Assembly (NCBI GenBank): GCA_965644295.1
Contig: CBFFRP010000146.1
Span: forward strand, 124,001 to 188,000
Length of the DNA stretch: 64,000 nucleotides
Reading direction: 5' to 3'
Source of the DNA: Paraphysomonas bandaiensis
Taxonomy: Eukaryota; Protista; Chrysophyceae
Part shown: piece by piece, positions 37,054 to 50,650 of the stretch
Numbering within the stretch: the first letter of the stretch is position 1
Layout: every line of letters starts with the position of its first letter
The notes under the pieces: generated by a model
Database searches by the model: none
Told to the model about the DNA's origin: nothing
What the model saw: the letters and a program-made list of their open reading frames with translations, nothing else
Position numbers and translations under genes: made by a program

Positions 37054-39200
37054 ATGTCTAATTCAGACAGGTGAGTTATATATATGTGTGTGTTATATAT
37101 GGGGTTATGACTATTATAGACGCGTATGGGCAAAGGAAGAAGATGAGGCTATCAGAGCACTTGTTGCGAAATATGGCACGAAGACATGGTCAGTCATTGC
37201 TGAGCAAATTGTTAAAGAATATGACATTGAAGGAAGAACTGGGAAGCAGTGTCGGGAGAGGTGGCACAATCATCTCGGTACGTTCTTTCATTTATAATAT
37301 ACTTATAATGCTAATACTACTGGATACTATAGACCCTAATATCAATAAAAATTCTTGGACTGAAGAGGAGGAAAAGATAATGTCGGAAGCTCACAAAGAA
37401 CTAGGGAACCGTTGGTCAGAAATCGCAAAGCGGCTTCCAGGGAGAACTGACAATCACGTAAAGAATCACTGGTATTCCTTCATGCGTCGGAATGTACGCC
37501 GCCTAAACCGCGAGGTTGGCAATGTAGCGGGATCGCATGCCAAAGCGGAGAAGGCTGCGGCAGCAGCTGCTGCCGCAGAGAACGGCGGCGACAAAAATTC
37601 TACTGAGAAGCCTGCTACCGCTAAGAAGGCCAACAAGTCTCGTAAGGCCGCAAATTTAGCAGGTATAGAGTGGTAATATTGCATCCTTGTCTGACTGGTA
37701 ATGGTTGGTTCTATAGAATTACAGCGTTACTTCAGAGCAGCTGCTGAAGCAGCTCATGAAGTGCTGGCGGAGCAAGGTGCGTCCGGTATGGACAGCTGCG
37801 GAGATGTGGCGAAGCTGACAGAATCTGATGGCAAGGCTCTGGACTCGCCAAGTAGGATGGTGGCGCTCAACCTTGCAAACGGCAATCCGCTCTTTAGGTG
37901 ATTTACAAATGACATTAAATTCATGTGCATACCTGACAAGTGTCTTGTTGGCAGGGAAAAGCTGAAACAGAAGCTGGATATTACAGGAACATCTGGAGAG
38001 GGTGTTGATAATATGAGCGGGCACAGTTTTTCATCTTCTTTTGATTCGAGCACAGCGTCCTCTGCTGCAGTGGCTGAAGCGGTAGACAGTGCGACCAAGG
38101 CTCAGGCAGCCACAAAAAAAGAACCAAAGTCCAAGAAAGAACGATCTTCTGTGGGTAAGGCTAGCCGCCCCCCGAAGATGCGACAAAAGAAGTACAGAGG
38201 AACTGACGGAGATGGTGATAAGGATGACGGCAAAGAAACAGATGCAAACGGATCAATTATAAAACGGCGTAGAAAGACAGAACTTCAGATACAGGTGAGG
38301 GATACGCCATTTCCAAGATAAATGTTACAAGATCTATTGCTTGTGCTGTAGGTGGAGCCGACAGCTCCCCCGGTCGCACCATTGCATTCACTCGCATTCA
38401 ATGACATGGGTCCACCTGACGACACGCCGCGCAAGGCATTCAAGTTTAAGGCTGGTAAAGACAGCTTGCTTAATGCCCCCCTGGAGTCTCCGCTGTCACT
38501 TGACAAGCATGTCAGTTTTGACGGTAGCTTCAACATAGCTGCCGATACACCCACTCTTTCGAAGTTGATGAATCTAATTCCTCAGAACAGCTCCAAGCCT
38601 GGATCAACTCTTACCAGCGACTCTCTGCGATTTGACTTTGACGAGATCGTACAGCACTTTCCTTCCCCACGGGCAGGCTTCCCATCACCCCGTAATGCCG
38701 GCTTTCAGTCACCCAGAGTGAGTGACCTCCCGTCATCCACATGGCACGGGCTTAATATGGATAGTACAACAAGTATAGGGTCTATCGGGACAAGCTTTTT
38801 TAACTTCCCTGATAGTGCCAGTGGTGTAGGACCTGGGGTGTTTAGCAGCAAGGGTGATATGCCCCTCACTTCCACAACGTCAGCTGGTAGCAAACGAAGC
38901 TCACGTGAGTTGTCTACGCCGGGTGGGGGAACTGGGGATGATTTTGGTCTCGCTCTCATGTCCCCGAAATCCCCGAAGCTGACACCCTTGTCCTCAGCCG
39001 GTAGCGTGACCCCAGGGTCTGTAGGTCTGATCAGTTCTAGTGGTGGATTCACACCGCGTGTCGCACTCGGCACTGGAGGATCAACCCCTAATTCGTTCGA
39101 TGTAGGAGAACACGGAAAGTTCGGGTCGATGAAGAGTCGCCGTCATACACCCACTATAGAGGAAGAGTGTGCTCTTCTAGACAACACAGATGAATCCTGA
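37054..39200 (+). CDS. R2R3-type Myb transcription factor, multi-exon
   Basis: [17 protein letters not shown]...[16 protein letters not shown]...WTEEEE...[24 protein letters not shown]. Confidence 0.92.
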
Positions 39201-40925
39201 GACTCCCTTCACGGCAGAGCAGTCACTGTTTATGTCTTATACGCATGGCGTGGTCTGCCCTTATGGCACTCACCTGTCGAAGCCTGGACTGTTTAGCGGT
39301 GTAGTAGTATATATTATTTCCAATCCATCAATGTTTCATAGACAAGAATGTTGCCATGTTGTTCCACCCTCCTGTGATCCAGGACTTTGTGCCATCCTTG
39401 TATATGCGTATGCTATTTCCATTGTTCATCAATCACAATTCTAAGTAGAATAAGAACTGAAAATAATTCAAAGAAAAAATATAATAAAATCGAAGTTACT
39501 TCTTACTTCTTATGTCCACCGTGAAAGTGTAGTATTAGTCGTTGGAGTACAATCGTGCAGATCAAATCGTACACGTATGCATCGCTGTGGTTGTTTCAAG
39601 TTACCGCTCTTTGCGTGCTCCTATCACTAGCTACTGTAGTGAATGTCTTATTATTTGCAATAGGCGTTTAAGTGTCTGGTCAACCACTTTCGTTCTATCA
39701 CTCATAGCACACGCAGTGAACAAGCAGAATGTTGATACACCTGACATCTGCTGACTTCAGAATTTTTGAGTCCTGAAGGTGAAGAGCCCGGATGCTTGAC
39801 TTCAGTAGGCAGCCCGGCAGCCCAATACCCTGGTTACCCTTCAACTGGGCCTAGTCCTGAATCCTGAATGCCGGTAATATATTTGTCCTTACTAAATTTA
39901 ACCGACATTCCTACTAATTTTGCGGACAGCTGAGCCTACTAAAGTTTTCAGACATTTCTACTATAAGTTAAGAATTTTGTTCGATTCTATTAAATTTATG
40001 TACGGCTCGACTTAGTAGGAACATCTGCAAAATTTAGCAGGAACTAATGACACTTTTTGCTTTAGTAATACCAAATAGAAAATTTAGCAGGTTTAAAATG
40101 ACACCGTCCCAGATGCCTGTTTCTATTCGCCAGAGCCCAAACTTATATTATAGTGTCCTTTGTATCACACAAGCATTTGTCTATGAGTGGACAGAATATT
40201 ATCTGCTGTCTGTATGTGCGTCTCACGTTAGTTTACCGGATAAATATCTCCTGTACTTATCCCCCAGAACACCAGGAAAGGTACGAGTTTGACTTCGTTG
40301 AAGGCTCACTATTATACGTAAATAAAAAGCTATTATCAATTAAATGCTATTTGATACTCTAAACTACTTACTTAAGTAGCAGGTATGTATTAGTTGTCAA
40401 ACATTGCTAGCAAATTGTCTCTTCATTCCAGGGGTGACAATTTATTAGTAAAATGATACGTAGCTCATAAAAAGATAGTAAAAAGATTATGCAACCTAAT
40501 CTAATTGGTTGAGTTGCCTAGTCAAAGCTGAAATTATGAATTATTAAATGTCTAATTTTTTCAACCACTTGACCAGCTTTTGATACCAATATCGGTGTGA
40601 CTAGGAAATTACACCCACAACAATAGACCCCAAAATGTCGAGGAAATATATCTTGTGCTAATCAGTCATAACAATCATAGCTCTACTGTTATTAATCTTT
40701 CAACATTATTGATATTTCCTATGTACATATTACTTTGGTTCTGTGAACAGAAGGTATACCACCACTTACTTCTCCTATATCCTATACATACCAAAGCAAA
40801 CGTAGGTGATAGCATGTGCTGGAAAACATATATTTCTGAAGATTATGTTTACACTTATTTTTATCAAGCAGTCTATATATATATATATAACTGCACTTTC
40901 ACATTGCAAACTCAGCGAAAAGTTC

Positions 40926-42922
40926 TTAGAACATCTCATTGGCAAGAAACTTGTCAAACATTTCAATAGCATATCCAGGCTGCATTTGAGGGACCATATG
41001 CCCAGCACCATTTATAGTAATGAACTGGAACTTATCGTAGGTGATGGCATATCCCGCTTTGTGCATTCCGTGAGTACTATCTGGCTTTGCAAACCACTGG
41101 TGCCAACCTTGCACCATCGTAAAATTCAAATCGCGTGTCCAAGTCTCGGACCCCACATATGGTATACATGCATCCGTATCCCCAGAATATATGAGCATCT
41201 GATAATCATTAATCAGTTCTTTGTACAGTGGCATGAGGTCCCCCGCCGTTTTAGTATAAACCATTCCCACAGTATCAGGAATAACATGCAGAGCTTCCAT
41301 CACAGAAGGTTCAGCTAACCAGGCATTCATTCCCTGGTGACCCCCACATACGTAGTCATTCATTTCATCAGAGTACCCAGCAGACACATAAAACGAGTTT
41401 TCAGTTGTGACTTTAACACTACTTTCAGCCATGCGTTGGTATAAGTGGGACAGAGAAAGCCGTCTACGACGATTGTCACTTCCACACTCATCGTATATAT
41501 TATACCTGTAAATACATGCCGACTAATATTAGTGCAAAACAGAATCATTATACTTTTGAACTGTACTTACACATCGAAGTCGCCCATCTGTTCATACATT
41601 TCGTCAATCTTCTCCGAGCAACTGTATGAAGCGTTAGTGGAGTACGAAAAATACCGTAGTGATTATGATGATTACCTATCAGTGAGTGTAGACCAGTCAC
41701 CACAGGCATCTACTATTTGTTTGTAGAGTGGCTGAGAGTACATTCCGTGACCATAGTAAAAATCCGCAAGGTATTTCTTCTGCTCAGCACCATGCGCACA
41801 AGTACCCACCGTTGTTCCCCAGCACCCATTCCCAACCTAAATAAAACTAATATTAATTCACACATAAAATGTTTATATAGTATATATTGTAAAACACCAA
41901 TAATAGGGGAAATTACAGCATATAAGGACACTGTATATATAACAAGAAACAATACCTACCGCGGCACCAATTAGGTTAATTTTTCCATTTAGCGAGTCTG
42001 ACTTGATTTGATCCATCATCATTGGAATATAGATACCAGCATAAGACTCTCCAGTAATGTAAAATTTATTTACACGAAACTCAGGAAAGTCCTGGAACCA
42101 GTTCACCAAGAATTCATAGGCATCCAATGCAGTACTTTCGTCCTACACAAAATCATCTTAATACTGGTGATAAGAAACTTCGCCACAAGTGCGCCAATAA
42201 AATAGTGTACACCACCATACCGTATTTTGACACTCCTCTTCTGTCGTCGCGTTATCACAATAGGAAAATCCAACTCCTTTAGGGGACTCAAGGTATAGCA
42301 TATTAGCCCTCGTCGTCCACCCATAGGGGTTATAAAACACCTGACAATTTTACATTTAAGTATATCATAATTCGTTTATAATAAAACCTGAGGAATTCCA
42401 TCAACAGGATCGGTTAGAGAGTAATCATTCGTAGAAATTTGACCATTTTCACTGTACATGACGTTAGGATTCATCATGATATAGTTCGTATTGCGCATCT
42501 CACATCAACATTCCAATGAGTGAAGATGAACCAGGGCCACCTTTTTCACCATAAATCAGAAGAATTACATTTTGAAATACTTATTTACCATTTAACCTGC
42601 AATACATATGAATAGAGACATAAATAAAAGAGATGATGACATACCATAACACAAGTGGGTCATTAGTCGGATCATTCTAACAGCACCATATGAATAATCA
42701 ACACACACAGAGATAATCAATACACAAACATACCTCTGATTCAATGAAATAATAATGAAGGTGTCCAGGTACACCAGATAGATTTCCTATCGGGACATAT
42801 CCAGAGTAATGATTAGATGGGAGCTCTCCAACATAACCCGGCAGTTGATCGACTTTATCTGCTGGTACAGCTGATTGACTCACGCCAATATATGCTATTA
42901 ATACTGTCAGAGATACGATCAT
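40926..42922 (-). CDS. Serine carboxypeptidase (S10 family), secreted, multi-exon
   Basis: Signal peptide; [33 protein letters not shown] (catalytic Ser), YSGDTD and GAGHMVP (catalytic His). Confidence 0.93.
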
Positions 42923-43379
42923 CTTAAATGTACGGTACGTATATATATGGCTGATTTGTGGTTAATAGAACCAACTATACACACACACATACATACATGA
43001 ATATGCTAACACACAAACATATGGTATGAGTGTGGTAAGAGCAAATTATGTTATGGTATTCCATAAAGAGGGGATATTATTGGCTAAACAATGCGATACT
43101 GCTGTACTATACTCTGTACTGTGTATGTAGGTGTGTGTGACATAGCAGTATAATTCATGTAACATCAACATATACAGCGAGTATACCTCTATATACAGTA
43201 TGTATACATATGTATGCATATACTGCTGTATATATATATGTGTATGTACATAGGTAGCTATATGTACAGAGTATGTCCAGCAACCACTTCACGTTTGTGT
43301 TTACAGTGTGGTTCAGATCATTGAAAATAGCAGAATCCGTTAGATCAACCATGGTTACAAGGAGGCCTACCAAGACATT

Positions 43380-43556
43380 TTGCAGAGCTAATGCTACCCA
43401 GTTCCAGGGAGTTAATCTCTAACTGATTCTACTATGAACAAACCACGCAGCAAAGACAAACGTGAAGTGCCTAGAAGATAACGTAGCCATACCGCTTGAT
43501 TGGCCTTCTCAATCTCCCTATTCGAACCCTATAGAAAGCCGTTGGTCCATCCTTGA
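43380..43556 (+). mobile_element. Tc1/mariner transposase remnant
   Basis: 43495-43556 translates as LDWPSQSPYSNPIESRWSIL, a degenerate WPSQSPDLNPIENLW motif. Confidence 0.7.
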
Positions 43557-43576
43557 CCTCCACCTAATATGAACCG

Positions 43577-43685
43577 GTGATGAGGGCTGGAAATTGATGG
43601 AGTTAGTTGAAAGTATTCCCCGTAGATTTAAAGCTGTCACAAAAATATTAGCGAGTGATATTTTAACGGTTTCTCATGTTTTGAG
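43577..43685 (+). mobile_element. Possible hAT transposase fragment
   Basis: DEGWKLMELVESIPRRFKAVTKILASDILTVSHVL resembles the hAT W..L..L.PF..AT..L...T.S.V segment. Confidence 0.4.
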
Positions 43686-44447
43686 TTATAAAAGTTTTAG
43701 TTTTAGATAGTTTTTCGTTCCAAAAAACGGTATAGCTTATTCGATGCGCACGATAAAACTAGTCTAAAAACATGTCAATCATATTTCTAGAGTTGTTATA
43801 TGCAGAAGGGGCATTATATCTTTTCTATAGTGTATGCACATGTACTTGCTGCTGTATGTATGTATCTTGTTGAGATGGTTATATACAATATGTTTCAGTG
43901 GTAAAGCATTGTATTGAGAACAAATCAGTGTGCAGCCTATACATATGAATGACTAATATTTGTTACCATTTCATGTTGCTTTTAAGCAGTGTATATTATA
44001 TATATTTTCAATGACAGCTGTTTTTTACTTTATATTTGCCCTGGACCTACTGTATCGCATTTCTTATCACTAGCTCTAGTTCAAACCAAAAGAGATAAAT
44101 ATAAAGAATAACTTCAGTGTTTGTGGTCAGGTTTATCATAGATTAGCACAGAGCATAGTATAAACCGAAGTAGGCAGTGTACGCCTTCTGTTCTTCACAT
44201 AAAATTATATTTCTTTAGACCTCTGAGGCGTGTCTTGGTAATAGTTCATATAATAACAGTATATATGATATATGCAGTTGACATAGGGTGGTGACTGGAT
44301 AACAACACATAATAAATTAGTATAACGTTACTGTCGAACCGCCAGGCTACAAAAAGTATTGCCATTAGGGTTTGTTGTCCAAACTCTAATGATTTCAATT
44401 TCAAAATAATTGACTATCAATTGATACGCAGTCTAGAGAGCTAGTAT

Positions 44448-45804
44448 CAGGGCTGCGTATCAATTAATTGATTTTCAATTAATTGCAATTAATTGTCAAT
44501 TATTGAAATTGCAATTGTTGAAATTGGGACATCGATTCATAATTGCAATTATAATTGACTCCAGCTAGCTTCAATTAATTGTCAATTAATTGCAATTAAT
44601 TGATATTAAAAAACCCACCTTTTTATGCTGAAAAGTTGTTAAAAAACGGCATTTTTAGTAAAAATCCAATAGAGCTTCAATTAATTGTCAAGTAATTGCA
44701 ATTAATTGATATTAAAAAACCCACCTTTTTATGCTGAAAAGTTGTTAAAAAACGGCATTTTTAGTAAAAATCCAATTTTTAGGATAAAAATCGAAGACTG
44801 GTAAAAGACTATAATATCCATAGGATTATCTCACATAGTAATTCATTTAATTAATTAGCGATAGGAGCGACAAATTGGCACCAGAAGTCATTGCACGAGT
44901 GTTATTTGAGAAAGTAAATAAATGATGATAATAATAACGAAGAGGCTGCAATAGAGATTTGTCCTGCAGGAAAAGGAGCTCCACATTTTCCGTGATTGAC
45001 CGCTACTTGCTTCTATCTAATCATATGCGATCTTTCGAGTTTGGTTCCGATGTGTTAAAAGTCTAATTGTAGGACTATCCACCTCTATATACAGAGTATA
45101 TACATGTATATTATGCCCTGTATTATAAAAATAAGTGTAGTACAATTACAGAAGTAAGGTTACACCAGCTTGACTTCCACGACGTTTGCACATTGATTGA
45201 CGAACCCTTCATAATGCACCCGATTGTTGAGCGTCATCTGGGCGACAGTGCTGCTATTATTTTTAACGCTGCTTTCGAAAAGGCAGTCGTGAAGATTCAA
45301 TGTGGCAACGAAGCCGTAGCTCGGACGGCAAAGGATCAAACTAAAATATATTTGTTCGATGAGGAAGAAGAATATTATGACGGTGCGAGTCTAGCTCCGA
45401 ATGACGACGCAGCGCAACGTTTGTTTGATGGTAGCAGGCAGCGGAAGCGAGCAAGACTTAATAAGCAAACGCGTTATGGATGAAACACTTGCATAGCACA
45501 ACCAATAAGGTTGAGAGGTTGCTCAGTAGAGCTACGATTGTTATGACGGGCTTGCTCAAGAGCTTGACTCCTCAACATTTAGTGCTAATTATGATTTTCG
45601 CATGAATCGTTGCCTCTGGAATGAAATGACAGTTGAGGTAGCTATATTCGCAGCTAGTGTATTTTAGTACTAAATAATTGCAATTAATTGCAATTAATTG
45701 CAGTTAATTGCAATAGTTGAAATTGAGACAGCAAGTAATAATTGCAATTATAATTGACTACAACCTGCGTCAATTAATTGACAATTAATTGATACGCAGC
45801 CCTG
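44448..45804 (+). mobile_element. Complete non-autonomous hAT DNA transposon (1357 bp)
   Basis: 23-bp TIR CAGGGCTGCGTATCAATTAATTG at both ends; 8-bp TSD GCTAGTAT at 44440-44447 and 45805-45812; CAATTAATTG subterminal repeats; decayed transposase (FEKAVVKIQ; TNKVERLLSRA...WNEMTV). Confidence 0.95.
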
Positions 45805-46131
45805 GCTAGTATTGCTTTCAGTAATTAGCTAACATCGCAATTATAGATAAGTAAAATGTGGGAGCTTAGAGTTTAGTGTCTATACACCAACACACACTCC
45901 TAGATAGCAAATTTAGTGCTAAACACTGATAGACATCAAAATTAAATTATTATTCTGGCTGAGTCTACTGACTGTTATTTCATAATTCTATTTCATATCT
46001 AGTTTGAATAACTTCTCCATGTGAGGGCGCTGAAATATAGAGCACAGTTAGAAACAACAGCTACTCACATCCTTCATTATTACCTCATCTACAAGCTTGA
46101 CACTAGTTATCTACAGAATCACCACTGAAAC

Positions 46132-49131
46132 TTAGTCACTCTTGACCGCTCCATAGATATAATTCACGAATGAGAAAGATGACATGAATCCAACAAACCC
46201 GAGCATCATGAAGAATGCATATGACACAACTCCCATGTAACCGAAATAAAAAGAACCCTGGAGAAACCCATCCATGTTGGAGCGGTGGAAGAAGTAAAAG
46301 AATGAGTAACAGTAAATGAGAAGCCCTGTAGCACCCCCATTAGCAAACGACCTCCACCACCATCTGTGGTCCTCACGCACCAACTGGAAATACAGCAATG
46401 CGATCGTAATGAACGAAGCAACCATCGTTAGCATCACAAAAGCCAAAAATAATATTCCAAATAAGGAATATATCTTGTGTCCCCAGATAGCAGCAAATAT
46501 ATAGTGAAGTTCGATATATATGGCTGAAAAAGGAAGAAACCCTGCCATGAAGAGCTGGGCAAGTGGATGGCGGTACCAAACAGTTTGCTTCGGCACTTCC
46601 CTGGGAACTTTATTGGTTCTGCAGAGAAACAAAACATACTACATTATCGCAAGAACATAAGACGTCTTGTTAATGCATACCTACAGGGTGCCTTGAACTC
46701 CTCGGTCACATTTCTGCCGGCGATAGCTCCAGCCACAGTAAGAGGGAAGTGCACGAAGACAATGATCGACAACATCAACTAAACGCAGAGAAGTTATTTC
46801 GCAAATTAACATTGAGATTGTGGCACAAAGATACACGCACACGTTAATAATATTCGTATTACCATGATGGTTGTTGCTGGAAGAGCGGCTGTCGACTCCT
46901 GAGACCACGCCACGCCGTTCACCCAACAGAAGACGGTTGATAGGGGAAGAGGAAAAACCATAGCCGTGGTTATTACATTCCACACCCAATTAGTGCCTCT
47001 GAGCTGCTTGTAAAGACGACCTGAAACGAACCCCCCTACCGCTCCACAGAGTGCGTATATGATGATAGCTGCCGTAAGGAGAGCTCCACGGCGAGTAGCT
47101 TTGAACACTTCCAGTAAGACAAAAGACAGGAGGATTATTGTAGTAGTAAATATTTGTGCGCCAGTTCCCACACAGGCGGTAAAGAGAGATAAATGCTGCG
47201 GAGCACGGAAAACGTCACCATTGATCATTTTCCAGCCGGTTTCCTCCTCAGCAATTTCATCCTATACAAGAAAAAATCGTTAAAACACAAATGCACTATA
47301 GGTGCAGACTATTTCTTAATATTTTTACAATAAAACAATTCGTGTTTGTATGTCTCATCCATCAGTCTTGTCTTCAAACAGTTTCAGACAATGTGATTTC
47401 GTTTTAGCAATCATCGACATACATATTCATATATACAATACAACGTAGCGATAGTGTTTGTATGTCTCATCCATCAGTCTTGTCTTCAAATAGTTTCAGA
47501 CAATGTGATTTCGTTTTAGCAATCATCGACATACATATTCATATATACAATACAACGTAGCGATAGTGTTTGTATGTCTCATCCATCAGTCTTGTCTTCA
47601 AATAGTTTCAGACAATGTGATTTCGTTTTAGCAATCATCGACATACATATTCATATATACAATACAACGTAGCGATAGTGTTTGTATGTCTCATCCATCA
47701 GTCTTGTCTTCAAATAGTTTCAGACAATGTGATTTCGTTTTAGCAGTCATCGACATACATATTCATATATACAGTACAACGTAGCGATAGTGTTTGTATG
47801 TCTCATCCATCAGTCTTGTCTTCAAATAGTTTCAGACAATGTGATTTCGTTTTAGCAATCATCGACATACATATTCATATATACAATACAACGTAGCGAT
47901 AGTGTTTGTATGTCTCATCCATCAGTCTTGTCTTCAAATAGTTTCAGACAATGTGATTTCGTTTTAGCAGTCATCGACATACATATTCATATATACAGTA
48001 CAACGTAGCGATAGTGTTTGTATGTCTCATCCATCAGTCTTGTCTTCAAATAGTTTCAGACAATGTGATTTCGTTTTAGCAATCATCGACATACATATAT
48101 ATAAAAATCTCTTAAATAATCCATATATATAACTTTGAGTTACATGTAGTAGTTTGTACAGTAAAAGTAGTACATACCTCGTCGACTTCCATGTACCTCG
48201 AGAAATCCTTTTTCAAAATTCGCATAAGAATAATCGCCAAGAATGTGGTTAGCAAGAGTACTAGCACCATAGAGTTAAACATTGATAGCCAGTGAATTTC
48301 GAAAGTAGATGGAAGAAAGGCGGATCCTTCATATCGTTTCATGCGATCCTCGTACTTAACATCTGGCTGGTGGACCCACTCAACGGAGTAGGAGAACACA
48401 ATCTAGTAGCATAATTAGTACAAAATCAAACGTTGGAAAAATACAGTACTATATAAATGAGTTTTACCTCTTGTCCTGTGACAGCATCTGTAATATCAAC
48501 ACGTCTCTTGGGATCCGTGGTCACATTGGCAGACACAATTTGATCGTTGTTAAAACCGATACTGAAGTGAAGGTGGGGGTAAAGGTACACTCGTGCACCT
48601 TGGATTGATTTTCCTAGGAGGAATTCTTCGTGCGCCACTTCACCAACGTATCCCCACATAGGTAGATCGTCCACAAACATTTCAAAAAAATAATCGTCTT
48701 CAATAGCATCTTTAAACTCTTTAAGCTGCACATAACATTAAATATGACACAAACAATATAGAAATAGTCGAACATACATCCTCTACATCCATGTATTCCT
48801 CACAGAGAGACCTCCATGGCACAGGGTCCATAAATGTTAAGTCATAAGGGGTGGCAACTTTACGAGATCCAGCTAACGTCTCTCCTAAATCCTGTTTACG
48901 TCTACGTTGTTTTCCAGTACGACGACAATATGGCAGGGAATAGTACTATATATATATATATTATAAGGCTTAATTCATTATATAGACTGTACTTACAGGG
49001 TATGTTTCAGTTGGGTTGTTAAACGGGCCTACTGTATTCGCAACTATCGTGATACGCTCATGATTAGAATATCTTGCCCCATCTACAGTACCCCATACAA
49101 TAAAGCTAACTAAACTTAACAATATGAGCAT
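46132..49131 (-). CDS. Transmembrane 9 superfamily (nonaspanin/EMP70) protein, TM9SF1-like, multi-exon
   Basis: ANTVGPFNNPTETYP, FVDDLPMWGYVG, EIHWLS, ETGWKMINGDVFR, GFLPFSAIYIEL, EDHRWWWRSF and a C-terminal KSD (KxD/E motif). Confidence 0.93.
47342..48098 (-). ncRNA. 112-bp x7 tandem array of a candidate intronic box C/D snoRNA
   Basis: Each unit has an 8-bp terminal stem TGTATGTC/GACATACA, a C-like TCGATGA, D' CTGA, C'-like TTGAAGA and D-like ATGA. GAAATCACATTGT upstream of D' is complementary to conserved LSU rRNA CAAUGUGAUUUC. Same strand as the host gene. Confidence 0.7.
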
Positions 49132-50650
49132 TTTTCTATATCATGAATATATATATATATATATGGTCCTGTGGTGTTATATCTGCCTATGCATACATAG
49201 AGTAAAGTCGCACCGGTCATATGGATAGTAAGTCAAATCAACACCAAACTACTTACAGAGGAAGTGGAAGTGAACTCTGCAGCCCATGAGGTATCTTCAA
49301 GGGGTAAAAGGTCACCTCATATTTTCAGTTTTCTATATATCCTTGGGTTCGGTTTTGCCCAATATACTATGACGTATAGACGCAGTTATACAGCAGGAGT
49401 ATCTTCTTGCATATGGTATGGACACGTATGGGCAGGCAGCATCATAGTTTTCGGAAATATATTGATGCAAAATTCCTCTATATTACTGCAATGCAACAAC
49501 GGTTGTCTCAATATTCGAGGCATCTCTGAACAAAAATATACAAAAGATGCCGATACGCATCACAACTCGTTTCATGTTAAGATTTCTATCATCATGGTGT
49601 AGTGTATGTGACGTTATATCTTGTATTTTAACTTTGAAATTTCGAAATATAATTGAAACCAATGATTCTTTTTCTCGTTACAGCGAAAGCTAATAGAGAG
49701 GAACAGACACCCTTACATATACGTTTGATAATAGATGCAAATGTAAAAGAACACCTTCAAATGAACCGATTAACAACTCACTGGATTTATTCTCATTATT
49801 TGTCACCGTCCATATACAGTGACACAACTATGTCCACTCTCTCTGTAATCCGATAGGTAGACCGTGCTGTCATAATGTTCATACGGTGGTGTAGAAGGCA
49901 GTTCAAGTCTGGGTATGAAAGAGAATGGATGGAGTACGAAAATTGACAGAGAAGTTTATCTATAGAGGATAAGGCAGCTCCGAATTCTAAAATCATGTCT
50001 AATTTTATGCGAAATTCATCATAATTCCTAATTGGAGTGTAGAAACGTTGAAGTTCAGAAGTTAGTTAATTGTGAAGTTCATTGAAGCTATCAGCTTTTG
50101 TTAAGTTCTTATGGTAGTTATATATATTTATAGATATTGTAGCACAATCATGTAGCTACACTCTCTCTGCAGTCAAAATGTAATGAAAGAAAGTGTATAA
50201 TGTAGTTAGTGCTGTCATTAAGGTAGAAAATGAATTCATTTTTTATATTGCTTTTATTTTGTCGTCGTCTTCATATTTCAGTTCATAAGGTAGTTCTAAA
50301 TTGTAGAATATGTAGTAATTTCTGCGAAATTCACATGGGTGTTACATAGAAGTTTGAAATAATGGACAAGTAAAAACGAGGGGAGCCCCTCATATTGCCA
50401 CCACACCAGCAGAACATATGCTTTGAAGACAAGAGATATAGTATTAAAAAATTACTTCAACGGTCAAAATTGTAGCATATATGTTAGAGAATGATTTATG
50501 CTATACTGACCAGTGTATTTACGTCAGCATAGCTATAACAAAGCAATTATCGGACAACCGCTCACTAGAGTGCATAAATATAGCTTCATATGGCAGCATC
50601 TCATATCAACACAAATTACACACACCGAATTATATTATACAGTACGTATA

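Noticed and set aside
39750-40130. MITE-like region with CTACTAAATTT/AAATTTAGCAG inverted sub-repeats
   Set aside because: No clear TIR or TSD, so boundaries cannot be supported.
47342-48098. CRISPR-like or variable-guide array
   Set aside because: Units are near-identical throughout, with no variable spacers and no adjacent effector gene.
49264-49602. Possible copia RT/RNase H junction remnant (MRYLQG...WAG)
   Set aside because: Too degenerate to call by eye.
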